A stretch of DNA of 64,000 bases from an uncultured Chthoniobacterales bacterium (GTDB lineage Bacteria; Verrucomicrobiota; Verrucomicrobiia; Chthoniobacterales; SZAS-18), in the NCBI GenBank assembly GCA_964236475.1, contig CAXSED010000004.1, forward strand, positions 5,890 through 69,889, read 5' to 3'. The position numbers and the translations under genes were made by a program. Within the stretch, counting starts at the first letter, position 1, and every line of letters begins with the position of its first letter. The notes below the pieces were generated by a model that saw nothing but the letters and a program-made list of their open reading frames with translations, was not told the DNA's origin and searched no databases. Below, one piece after another: positions 48,516-57,766 of the stretch.

Positions 48516-49640
48516 CTAGCTGGCTGGTGCATCCGGGCTGACTGCGAGCAGCTTGCTCATCAACTCGCGGGACACTTTGAAGACCGTACCGTGCCGCATG
48601 CCCTTGGGCAGCGTGATTTCGTTGGAAATGTCGTTCCAGGTTTTCAGGGCGCGCGAACGGATCGCGCCGTAATGGGCAGCGCGGTAACCATCGAAATAGA
48701 TCAGGGTGTCGCCGCCGATTTGCATCGCGGTGGGTCCTTCCACCCACCCTCCCGGCGGGGTCAACGGCTCGGGCATGAGCGTGAACGGGCCTTCGATGTC
48801 GTCACCGATGGCCACCCGCAGGTTTTTCTTCGGCACCGGGTCCCGTGCCTCGTCTTTGAAGATCAACCACCATTTCGCGCCGACGTGCAGCAGCGTGCCG
48901 TCGATGACGTTCATGTCAACCGGGGCGTAGAAGGGCCGTGTCGGCGTAAACGTCTGAAAATCCTTCGTCGTGGTGGCATAGATGCGGTGGTTGTAGTTGG
49001 ATTCCGCCGTGTGGTCAGTCGCCGGAAACCGTCCGGGGATCGTCGTGGCCCAGTAGATCAGAAACTGCGCGCGCGCTGCGTCCCAGATGATCTCTGGGGC
49101 CCAGCAGTTGCGCGCCGTTGGCTCATGCGTCATCACGGGGATCGCGCGCTGCGGCGACCAGGTGATCAAATCCTTGGAAGAAGCATAGCCAATCACATGG
49201 TCGTTCCAGCCCACCGTCCAGACCATGTGAAACGTCCCGTCCGGGGTTTGGGTGATGCAGGGATCGCGCAGGAGCTTTTCGCGGCCCACGGTCGGGGTAA
49301 GGAAACTTTTGTCGCCTTTGAGCGCGGTCCAGCGCAGGCCATCGATGCTCCAGGCCAGGTGCAGGCCATCGACGCCATTCCCCCGAAAAGAAGTAAACAG
49401 ATAACAAGCCTCGGGCAGGGTGCCGTCAGGTTCGGCGCGGAGGGACGGCGACGAACACGACAGCCACGCCAACAGACCCGCCGCGAGAACGCGAAGCCAG
49501 CGCGTAGCGCGGTGTTTTGATGGGGTGCGCACCCGCCATGGGTTGCCCTCGGTGCTAAGAGCAGCAGCCTCAAGGCCAGGGCCGCCGATGTCAATGGCGA
49601 GAGTAGGGAGATCGGAAGCAGCGGGCGTGAAGTGGTCCAT
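48516..49640 (-). CDS. Secreted glycoside hydrolase, GH43-like five-bladed beta-propeller (start uncertain)
   Basis: GLHLAWSIDG, LRDPCI, FHMVWT, CWAPE, IDGTL, WVEGPT. Confidence 0.85.
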   Translation of the reverse strand: MDHFTPAASDLPTLAIDIGGPGLEAAALSTEGNPWRVRTPSKHRATRWLRVLAAGLLAWLSCSSPSLRAEPDGTLPEACYLFTSFRGNGVDGLHLAWSIDGLRWTALKGDKSFLTPTVGREKLLRDPCITQTPDGTFHMVWTVGWNDHVIGYASSKDLITWSPQRAIPVMTHEPTARNCWAPEIIWDAARAQFLIYWATTIPGRFPATDHTAESNYNHRIYATTTKDFQTFTPTRPFYAPVDMNVIDGTLLHVGAKWWLIFKDEARDPVPKKNLRVAIGDDIEGPFTLMPEPLTPPGGWVEGPTAMQIGGDTLIYFDGYRAAHYGAIRSRALKTWNDISNEITLPKGMRHGTVFKVSRELMSKLLAVSPDAPAS

Positions 49641-49835
49641 ACAGGGAGAAAACTTTGCCCCGAAATGTTCAAGAGCGGAAAGCGAAAGGCAACCAGACGA
49701 TTGCGGGCCGCGGTTTTATTTGTGATTGCGGAACGCGTCTCTGATGCAGTCGATCAAGTCATAGCGAAAGTCGCATGCTTCCGTTTGGGTCCTTCCGCTC
49801 GGGCTGGCAGCACTGACCACCTCCACGGTCGGCCA

Positions 49836-49944
49836 ACGGTGCGGACAGCCACAGCGGGCTTCCGACAGAAGTGGGCGATGCGCCGGGACCGGATGTTTCC
49901 TTGCTACACCACACGCCTAGCGGATGTGCCGAGAGGCGTGGTTG
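49836..49944 (+). pseudogene. umuC (Pol V) C-terminal DUF4113 remnant, copy 1
   Basis: TVRTATAGFRQKWAMRRDRMFPCYTTRLADVP. Confidence 0.75.
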
Positions 49945-50111
49945 CAAAGACGTATCGCGTTGCGCGGCAGGCGAGGTGAGCGGCTGTTGTATCCGCAGCG
50001 GTAGCGAGATTTGCGCTTGTGAACGTCGGACCGATGCTCTAGGGAGCCGCGCAGTTTCACCTCGCCCCATCGTGCATTTTTCCCCCGCCTTTCGCTTGGC
50101 CAGAATCTCTG

Positions 50112-51038
50112 GTGATGACGCCTGACTTTCGCTTCTGTCTGGTGGTGGTGTTCAACCATCGCTTTGATCAAAACCTGCCTCTCTTGCGCGCGCTGTACCG
50201 AGGCCGCTTTTCCACGGTGCGTTTCCTGGTGCCTTTCTACCGTGGCGACGATCCCGACGTGGTGCCGGTATTCGAGAGTTCGGCCACTTTCCAAGGGTAT
50301 TTCGCCCAGGCCCAGCACCGTTTGGCGGCTGCGGGGTTCAGCCACTACGTCTTCGTCGCGGATGATCTGCTGCTCAACCCGGCGATCAACGAGACCAATC
50401 TGCACGCCTACCTGCACCTCCAGCCGGGAGGCGGGTACACCAAGTACCTGCAACCTTTTTCGTCGGTCACCTCGCGCTGGACGCACTTCAACCGGACGCT
50501 GCGGGCGTTGCGCTTCGACGAATTTGTCAACGCTCGCAGTGAACTTCCGACGCGCGACGAAGCCGTCGCCCGCCTGGCCGCCCACGGACTGGAATGTCGA
50601 CCGCTCGGTTGGCGCAACCTGGAGGCGCCTCCCGGTCCGTGGCAGCACCGGGTCAGTGAATGGACCAAAGCTCTGTGGCTGCTCCACTCCAAGTGGGAAA
50701 GAAACGAACTGCCTTATCCGCTGCTGATGGGCTACGCGGACTTGCTGGTGGTACCCGCGGCTGGATTCTCCGAGTTCTGCCACCTGTGCGGCGTCTTCGC
50801 GGCGATGGGAATCTTTGTGGAATGCGCCGCGCCAACCGCGCTGGCGCTGGCCACGCCGCAACTCAGCATGGAACGTGACTTGGCTGAGCAGGGTTTGGAG
50901 CTGTGGAGCGATGCTGACCGCGCTGCTTTCTGGAATCGGTACTCGGCCCGGCTGCCAAAATTGCTGAAAAACTTCCCCGAACAATGCCTCTATGTCCATC
51001 CCGTTAAGCTCCCGCATTGGCAGATGGAGGTACGGTAA
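50112..51038 (+). CDS. STELLO/DUF288 C-terminal-like putative glycosyltransferase
   Basis: LVVVFNH...LRALY...F, YVFVADDLLLNP and terminal HPVKL recall DUF288; recognised from memory. Confidence 0.5.
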   Translation: MMTPDFRFCLVVVFNHRFDQNLPLLRALYRGRFSTVRFLVPFYRGDDPDVVPVFESSATFQGYFAQAQHRLAAAGFSHYVFVADDLLLNPAINETNLHAYLHLQPGGGYTKYLQPFSSVTSRWTHFNRTLRALRFDEFVNARSELPTRDEAVARLAAHGLECRPLGWRNLEAPPGPWQHRVSEWTKALWLLHSKWERNELPYPLLMGYADLLVVPAAGFSEFCHLCGVFAAMGIFVECAAPTALALATPQLSMERDLAEQGLELWSDADRAAFWNRYSARLPKLLKNFPEQCLYVHPVKLPHWQMEVR

Positions 51039-51040
51039 TT

Positions 51041-52144
51041 TCACGACGTTGGCTCGATCCAGATTCCCGCGAATCGAACTGTTTGCTGGCCCGCTTTCCT
51101 TTCGCGGCTAAGCGGCAATGCTAAGTGTGCGCCTACCCTCCGTCCCGCTCGCACCGCAAATAATCTCGCAGCCAAGCTGGGATGCTCAGCAGCGTGCTTG
51201 TCCTCCTCGAAAAACGTGTAGATGGGCTGGCGGCGAAACTCACAGGTGCTCAGGGTAGCCAAGTGCATGCCGACCTCCACATAGATCGCCTGCTCGACCG
51301 CCTGCCGCGCTTTGTGATGCCAGTCGCAGAGCACGAGCAGAAGCTCATCCGGGTAATCCCACGGCGAAAGGCACGAGATGTACACGACGTGGTGAACCTG
51401 CAAATCCATGCGGCCTTCGGCTGTTGCCAAACTGTGGTGCTTGGCGAAATCCGTCAGATCGTCTGGCGTGGCGAAGGTGGTTCCGAGCGTCATGTGAAAT
51501 CCGTTCGCATCGGGCGCGCTGGCGTTGGACACCGCACCGACCTGGGAGGCGGGCACCGTGGGCGTGGGTCCAGCGGAGGCGGGAGTGGAGGCCGTGGCAG
51601 GGTTGCCGGTCAGGTTGGGCGCGCGTTCGGATCGAGAGCTGGTGCCGGTCCCACCGGGGCGATGAGCGGCGCGGGACTGCCGTCCGAAAGGTTGTAGGTC
51701 GGAGCAATGAGCGGCGTGCTCGGCAGCGCGTTGTTCGGGTCGTTGGGGTCGTTCGGGTTGCCCACCGGCACGCCCGTGGACGTGAGGGGCGCATTCCAAG
51801 TTGCTAAGGCGACTTTGCGCCTGCTGCCGTAGCAACCGTTGCTGCGGGTCGAGCAAATTGTTGAGCGTGTTGCAGAGCTGATCAACCGATTTCGAGTACG
51901 TGTCCGGCGCGATGGGTTTAGGGCCAAACTGGTAGGCCGCCTCGAAGTCCTCGGGCTTCCAGTTGGGAAGCTGCAGGTTCGGGATGAACGCGGCGTTGAT
52001 GTTCGGAATCTGGAGCCGGGTGTTTGGATGCGTGGCAAGTTCGCTCATAAGTGGGCGGCAAAACGAAGGTCTGCGGGCCAGCCAAAGGCCGCCCGGTGGC
52101 AACGTGATCGCCGCGACAAAATCGGCGTTGAAGTCGAGCACCAA
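51041..52144 (-). pseudogene. Mosaic, frameshifted phage-like ORF ending in an HNH nuclease motif
   Basis: LQVHHVVY...PWDYPDELLLVLCDWHH at 51314-51403; middle part reads better in the alternative frame 51610-51820. Confidence 0.5.
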
Positions 52145-52305
52145 TAGCGCCCCCGGCTTCGGGGCGGGAGTTACGTACTCCCCGACGATACGCGCTCAGA
52201 GAGATGCATGCCCTCGAGTCGTGCTAATACTTTGATGGATTGGCGTCGCCTTCGCAAGTGCAAACTCGGCAGGCAATTGCAATTTGGTCACAGGTTTTGT
52301 GAATT

Positions 52306-52368
52306 CGACGACGAGACAAAGCTCAGCGGCAGAGGCTGGCGAGCGTTCGGTGGAGCGCGTGGTTAGGT
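52306..52368 (-). mobile_element. Degenerate integron attC-like site
   Basis: Minus strand ACCTAAC-CACGC-GCTCCACC...GCTGAGC-TTTGTCTC-GTCGTCG; R'', L'' and L' present, R' decayed; upstream ORF ends PNHALHRT. Confidence 0.55.
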
Positions 52369-52522
52369 GTCATGTTACAGGAGGTTGTCCGCACGGGGGA
52401 GGAGTGCCAGGCTGGTGGTGGCTCGATACCCAACCACCATTCCTCATGGCACCCATGCACGCTAACGCTATGCTCACTCCCATCGACGGGGTGGAAGCTG
52501 CCTTGAATCAAATCTGTCAACG

Positions 52523-52882
52523 TCATGCTGCCCACTCTGCCCAAGTCGCAAAAGATCGTGGATGAAGCGTTCCACAAAAGGATGTCTGCTGCGCGCAGTA
52601 AGGTGATACCTCATGCAATTCACCCGCCGAGCCGGAAGATTGTTGAAGGAAAAACTTCCGACTGTGGCTCCAGGCACTGGCACAGCCCGGCTCCAGATGG
52701 AAGCGAGCCACGCTGTTTTTGTCGCTCCCTGCAGAGCCGGAGGCGCTGTGACCCGTCACTTCCTTGAGGATGACGCCGGATGAGACCGTAACCGCAGACA
52801 CTTGCTCCAACTGACGCCCCTCTGGGGCTTGTGCGTGCAGGACAGCGGGTAACAACACAAGGCAGAGAGTAAGCAATTTCAT
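52523..52882 (-). pseudogene. Exported cupin-like protein, truncated
   Basis: Signal peptide, VARFHLEPGCASAWSH (cupin motif 1 start), then loss of homology. Confidence 0.45.
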
Positions 52883-52994
52883 CGAGGTATGGCTACCCGC
52901 TCAGGCGTCATCGAGAAAGAAAAAAGGACGGTACGAACACCGGCACTCTCGTCGGAACACCGACGGCCACATGTTGAGATGATACACTGGCAGC

Positions 52995-53414
52995 ATGCCG
53001 CTTTCTGCATCCGACGATTCGCCGCCGTACAAAGTTCCTGACGACAAGCAGGCGACCGAGCACTTGGCAAACGAGCGCACGTTCCTCGCTTGGGTGAGGA
53101 CCAGCATCGCCGTTTTGAGCTTGGGTTTCGTGGTGGCCAAGTTCGGCCTTTGGCTCGAACGCATCGCCAATGTGTTGCCCAACCAGCCCACCCACGCACG
53201 TTCTCCGGCAGGCTGGTCGATGCCCATCGGCACGGGCATGATGACCATCGGTGCGCTCCTGAGCGTGCTGGCGGCGTGGCGATACCACCAGGTCAGTCAG
53301 CAGATTGAAGCTGGCAAAGTCAAACCAGCCGGGCGGCTCGTGTTCTCCGTTGGCGCGCTCATCGTCCTGCTCGCAGCCGTTCTCACGGGCTACCTGCTTT
53401 ACAGCGCGAGATAG
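52995..53414 (+). CDS. YidH/DUF202 membrane protein
   Basis: HLANERTFLAWVRTSIA plus three TMs. Confidence 0.92.
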   Translation: MPLSASDDSPPYKVPDDKQATEHLANERTFLAWVRTSIAVLSLGFVVAKFGLWLERIANVLPNQPTHARSPAGWSMPIGTGMMTIGALLSVLAAWRYHQVSQQIEAGKVKPAGRLVFSVGALIVLLAAVLTGYLLYSAR

Positions 53415-53423
53415 CCGCTGTTG

Positions 53424-53650
53424 CTACAACCGCGCCCTCGGCACATCCTCCAGCCGCGTGGTGTCGTAGGACGACATCCGGTCCCGGCGCATGGCCCACT
53501 TCTGCCGGAAGCCTGCCGTGGCCATCCGCACCGTGCCCTGCCCACCCCACAGGTTGAGCTTGTCCACCGCCGCCATCAAAGCCCGCTCTTTCTTGTCACG
53601 CCCGGGATCGAGCGGGACGGCTGGCCAAGGGGATAGTTGGCGCGGCCCTA
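53424..53650 (-). pseudogene. umuC (Pol V) C-terminal DUF4113 remnant, copy 2
   Basis: ALMAAVDKLNLWGGQGTVRMATAGFRQKWAMRRDRMSSYDTTRLEDVP. Confidence 0.8.
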
Positions 53651-53762
53651 GCAGAGACAAACGCTTTCTTGGGGTCGATGCCGAATCGGTGAAGCGACAC
53701 CATGTAGAGCAAGGTTGATTCAAGCACCACTCGTCCATAAGCTTCTCCCCGCTTTCCTCCCA

Positions 53763-56177
53763 ATGCTGACTCTCCCTTTTATCCTCGCCGCGTTCGGCTG
53801 CACGCTCGCCCTCGTTTCTGCACAGATCCCTCCGGTGGCTGGCGAAGTGGAGCAAGGGGCGAATGGCGTTATCCTGACCACCACCTCCGGCGTCACCAGC
53901 ATCGAAATCTGGACAGATCAGATCGTGCGGGTGACGCACCAGCCTGCCACGCCTGCTCCCTTTGCCGTGAGCCTGAGCGTCATCGCCAAGCCGGAAAACG
54001 CAGGGTGGAAGCTCACCGAAGACGGTGTCGAAGCCGTGCTCGCCACGGCGAAGTTGCAGGTGCACGTCGATAAAACCACGGGTCGGGTGAAATTTCTCGA
54101 CGCGGCAGGAACGGCCATCCTGAGCGAGGCGGAGCACGGCACATGGCTGAGCGCCAGCAGCGTCGGCGGCGCAAAGGACACGCTCGATGTAGGGCAGCGG
54201 TTCGTGCTCGCGCCGGACGAGGGGATCTACGGCCTCGGCCAGCATTCCGAAGACGGCACCATGAACTATGTCGGCACCGGCGTGCACCTCTTGCAGGAGA
54301 ACATGAAGATTGCCGTGCCCGTACTGCTATCTTCGAAGGGCTACGCCGTGCTCTGGGACAATCCAGCGGTCACCAACGTGGATGTGGGCAAAACCGATAA
54401 AGACACGCTGGCTTGGCAATCCGAGGCCGGTTCCGGGGTGGATTACTATTTTATCCAAGGTCCGAAACCCGATGCGGCCATCGCAGGGTATCGCTGGCTG
54501 ACGGGCGCGGCCCCGATGTTCCCTCGCTGGGCTTGGGGCTTCTGGCAAAGCCGCGAACGATACAAGACACAGGACGAAATCCTCGGCATCGTCTCCGAAT
54601 ATCGCAAGCGCGGCATTCCTCTGGATGGAATCATTCAGGATTGGCAATACTGGGCACCCCTCAACCAGGAGACGGCCGCTGGCGGCTGGGGTTCGCACGG
54701 GTTCGACCCCGCGCGCTACCCCGACCCAGCGGCGATGGTCAAGGCAATCCACGACCAGCACGCGCACCTGATGGTCTCGGCTTGGCCTAGGTTCGACGTG
54801 ACCGAGAAGGGCGTCAGCATCCCCAACCTGAAGGAACTCGAAGCGGTAAAAGGTGCGTTCAATCCCGCCATTCCCTACGCGTTCCCGGCGGGGCGCGGCA
54901 AGTGGTACGACCCGTTCAACGAACAGGCGCGCGCGGTCTATTGGAAGTTGCTCTCGAAACATCTCTTCTCGCTAGGTGTGGATGCTTGGTGGCTTGACGC
55001 CTCGGAGCCTGAGCTCACCGGCAAGTGGTGCGAGTTCCGGGATTTCAAGACGGCCGGGGGTTCGGGCGCGCTCGTGTTCAACGCGTACCCGTTGGAACAC
55101 ACGCGGGCGGTGTACGAGGGGCAGCGCGGGGAAAATTCGGCCAAACGGACCTTCCTCCTGACTCGCTCCGCCTACGCAGGGCAGCAACGCAACGGGGCCG
55201 TCACGTGGTCAGGCGACATTCGCGGCAGGTGGGACGTGTTTCAGAAACAAATTCCCGGCGGACTGAACTTCGTAGCCAGCGGAATTCCGTACTGGAACAC
55301 CGATATCGGCGGATTTTTCGGCAGCGATCCCGGCGATCCAAAATACGTAGAGCTTTTCACCCGCTGGTTCCAATTCGGCGCGTTCTGTCCGATGTTTCGG
55401 GTCCACGGTACAGACCAACCGAAGGAGGTCTGGCGCTTCGATGAGAGCACGCAGAAAATCCTGACCGATTACATCAATCTACGTTACCATCTGCTCCCCT
55501 ACATCTACTCGGTATCGTGGATGGTGACGCACGAGGGTTACACGATGATGCGGCCTTTAGTGATGGACTTCCCGGCGGACGCTCTGGCGCAAACCGTGGG
55601 TGACCAGTTCATGTTTGGCCCGGAACTACTCGCCAACCCGGTCACGCATCCGGGGGCACAGGCGCGCGGCGTGTATCTGCCCGGCGGCACGAAATGGACA
55701 GATTTCTGGACCGGGCAGAGTTATGAGGGCGGACAGAACATAGACGCCGCTGCTCCGATCCAGACCATGCCGCTCTATGTTAAGGCAGGCTCAATCCTGC
55801 CGTATGGCCCGACCGTCCAGTACGCTGATGAGAAACCGGAAGATCCGCTGGAGCTGCGCATCTACCGTGGTGCGAACGGCAGTTTCACGCTGTATGAGGA
55901 TGAGGATGACAATTACCATTACGAGCATGGTGCATACGCGACGATCCCGTTGCGTTGGGACGAGCGGACGCAAACTCTCACGGTTGGCACTCGCCAGGGA
56001 TCGTTCCCTAGGATGATCCCGGAGCGGACATTGCGCATCGTTTGGGTGAGCCCCCATCATGGCGCGGGCCTCGCCCTAGTGGACCATCCCGATGCTGAAG
56101 TGCGTTATCAAGGCAACGAAATCGTGATTCATGCCCCACCCCCACCCGCGCCGGGTAACAGCCTGAGGTCCAGGTAG
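53763..56177 (+). CDS. Secreted GH31 glycoside hydrolase (alpha-xylosidase-like)
   Basis: GIPLDGIIQDWQYW, WWLDASEP (nucleophile), WSGDI, WNTDIGGF, RWFQFGAFCPMFRVHG. Confidence 0.93.
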   Translation: MLTLPFILAAFGCTLALVSAQIPPVAGEVEQGANGVILTTTSGVTSIEIWTDQIVRVTHQPATPAPFAVSLSVIAKPENAGWKLTEDGVEAVLATAKLQVHVDKTTGRVKFLDAAGTAILSEAEHGTWLSASSVGGAKDTLDVGQRFVLAPDEGIYGLGQHSEDGTMNYVGTGVHLLQENMKIAVPVLLSSKGYAVLWDNPAVTNVDVGKTDKDTLAWQSEAGSGVDYYFIQGPKPDAAIAGYRWLTGAAPMFPRWAWGFWQSRERYKTQDEILGIVSEYRKRGIPLDGIIQDWQYWAPLNQETAAGGWGSHGFDPARYPDPAAMVKAIHDQHAHLMVSAWPRFDVTEKGVSIPNLKELEAVKGAFNPAIPYAFPAGRGKWYDPFNEQARAVYWKLLSKHLFSLGVDAWWLDASEPELTGKWCEFRDFKTAGGSGALVFNAYPLEHTRAVYEGQRGENSAKRTFLLTRSAYAGQQRNGAVTWSGDIRGRWDVFQKQIPGGLNFVASGIPYWNTDIGGFFGSDPGDPKYVELFTRWFQFGAFCPMFRVHGTDQPKEVWRFDESTQKILTDYINLRYHLLPYIYSVSWMVTHEGYTMMRPLVMDFPADALAQTVGDQFMFGPELLANPVTHPGAQARGVYLPGGTKWTDFWTGQSYEGGQNIDAAAPIQTMPLYVKAGSILPYGPTVQYADEKPEDPLELRIYRGANGSFTLYEDEDDNYHYEHGAYATIPLRWDERTQTLTVGTRQGSFPRMIPERTLRIVWVSPHHGAGLALVDHPDAEVRYQGNEIVIHAPPPPAPGNSLRSR

Positions 56178-56242
56178 CCTTGGGCGGCTTGGAGGTGGCG
56201 GTCGAAAGGGGTCACACTCGAAATCAGACGCGCTGGAGGGAA

Positions 56243-56695
56243 TCAATGACGCTCGACATTGACCTGCTCCCTGAGCAAACCGCGCTGCTCTTCTTGCCTG
56301 AGCGCGGGTGAATCTAGCGCCGCAACCCGCTCGGAGGCCGTGCCGTAATCACCGACGAGTTCGTGGCTCACCGAGACGTGCGTGCCATGAGCCTCAGGGA
56401 CCAGGGTGTAGATCGCGCGCACGTAGGGAGCGCCCCGGGGCTTCAATGCCGTTTCCAAAGAGGTCAGCGGGTTGGAAACCTGTCGGACAAAGACGAGGTG
56501 ACGATCCGTCTGACTGGCCAGGGTAGAGCCCTCGCCTTCGATTTGCACGATCAGCGAGATTCGCACCCGCTCAATGGGTGCATGGATCGTGATTTCTGGC
56601 GGTCCAACTCGTGTTGCCAACTCAGCCTCGGAGGCTCGATGAGCACAGCCTGCAAACAGGGCCAGGAGAGCCAGCGAGGAGAAGAGGCGGGCCAT
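56243..56695 (-). CDS. Hypothetical lipoprotein
   Basis: MARLFSSLALLALFAG-C lipobox. Confidence 0.7.
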   Translation of the reverse strand: MARLFSSLALLALFAGCAHRASEAELATRVGPPEITIHAPIERVRISLIVQIEGEGSTLASQTDRHLVFVRQVSNPLTSLETALKPRGAPYVRAIYTLVPEAHGTHVSVSHELVGDYGTASERVAALDSPALRQEEQRGLLREQVNVERH

Positions 56696-56961
56696 CACTG
56701 GGGCGTATGTACGTGCGCTCCCAGCAACGGTCAAGTGCAGGGCCGCTGGCGGTCCATGCTTAGTGGCTGGCGCTGTGAACAGGAGCGATTTCCAGCATCG
56801 TCCCCGCCGTCTACCCCAAACGTGACCCGACCTTTTCGTACGAGCCGGGGGGGCCTGGTTCCCGTTGGTGATTCCGCCCGGGAACGAGGCAGGGAGCAGG
56901 GAGCCTCCTCCCTTTATCAGGCAATGGTCGCGCGTGCCTTTCGGCGAGCTCGCCTGCCCGA

Positions 56962-57558
56962 TCAATGGTGATGCGAACCAGCGGACAATTTGATACTGGT
57001 GACCGTCAGCGCGTTTGCGGCGCTCAGGCTCAGGAGCTCGTCTGCGGCGCAGCCGGACGTGCCCGAGATGAGCACTTCGGTGGTCGTCACCCCGAGCGCA
57101 CTGGTCAGCGCCAGCGACGTGACTTCTTCGCCGCCAACCGCGAACTGTAGGGCCGTTAGCGTGCCAGCGGTGCCGATGGGCAGCGTGAACGTGCCGGTGC
57201 CTGCCGCGCTACCGCTCACGGGCACAGCCAGGTTGATCGTGAAGATGTTTGCCACGGACGCACCGAAGTCGAGATCGCTAAATACCAATATTTTCGAGCC
57301 GTCGGTGTTGGTGGTGGTCGTAGTCGTGATCGTGCTTGTGCTCGCCGTTAAAGCCGTCGAGATGAGCACGAGGGTGTCCGTAGTCACGTCGCTGACAACG
57401 GCGCGTGTGTCCACGTAGGTGCCGGAATAGCCGGTGCTCGTGGTGAAGTCGCCGGAGATCGTGTAGCTGCCTGAGCTCCCGGTGGTCTTCGCGGACGCGA
57501 TACTAGCCAGGGAACAGGCGACGACGAGGGTGAGGAGAAAGCGGGACTGAGTTTTCAT
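56962..57558 (-). CDS. Secreted Ser/Thr-rich beta-structured protein of unknown function
   Basis: Signal peptide ending ASA; alternating hydrophobic and S/T pattern. Confidence 0.75.
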   Translation of the reverse strand: MKTQSRFLLTLVVACSLASIASAKTTGSSGSYTISGDFTTSTGYSGTYVDTRAVVSDVTTDTLVLISTALTASTSTITTTTTTNTDGSKILVFSDLDFGASVANIFTINLAVPVSGSAAGTGTFTLPIGTAGTLTALQFAVGGEEVTSLALTSALGVTTTEVLISGTSGCAADELLSLSAANALTVTSIKLSAGSHHH

Positions 57559-57766
57559 CGGGGTATGGAGTCTGAAGGGTTTATCGAATGGTTTGTACTG
57601 ACGTCATCGATCTTGCCACACGTCTGTAAAGATCTGATGAGGGGCACCGCGAAAGTTGTAAAGAAAGGGTAATTTCTGCTGGCATAATGCCACTCAGCCT
57701 TCCATGCGATGATGCGTGGAAGCCTGAGAAAAGTGGGTTACAGAAAATCGGCAAAGAACACTCCAA

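Noticed and set aside
53424-54287. 287-aa minus-strand ORF as a full gene
   Set aside because: Only the last ~70 aa are umuC-like; the rest is antisense to the GH31 gene
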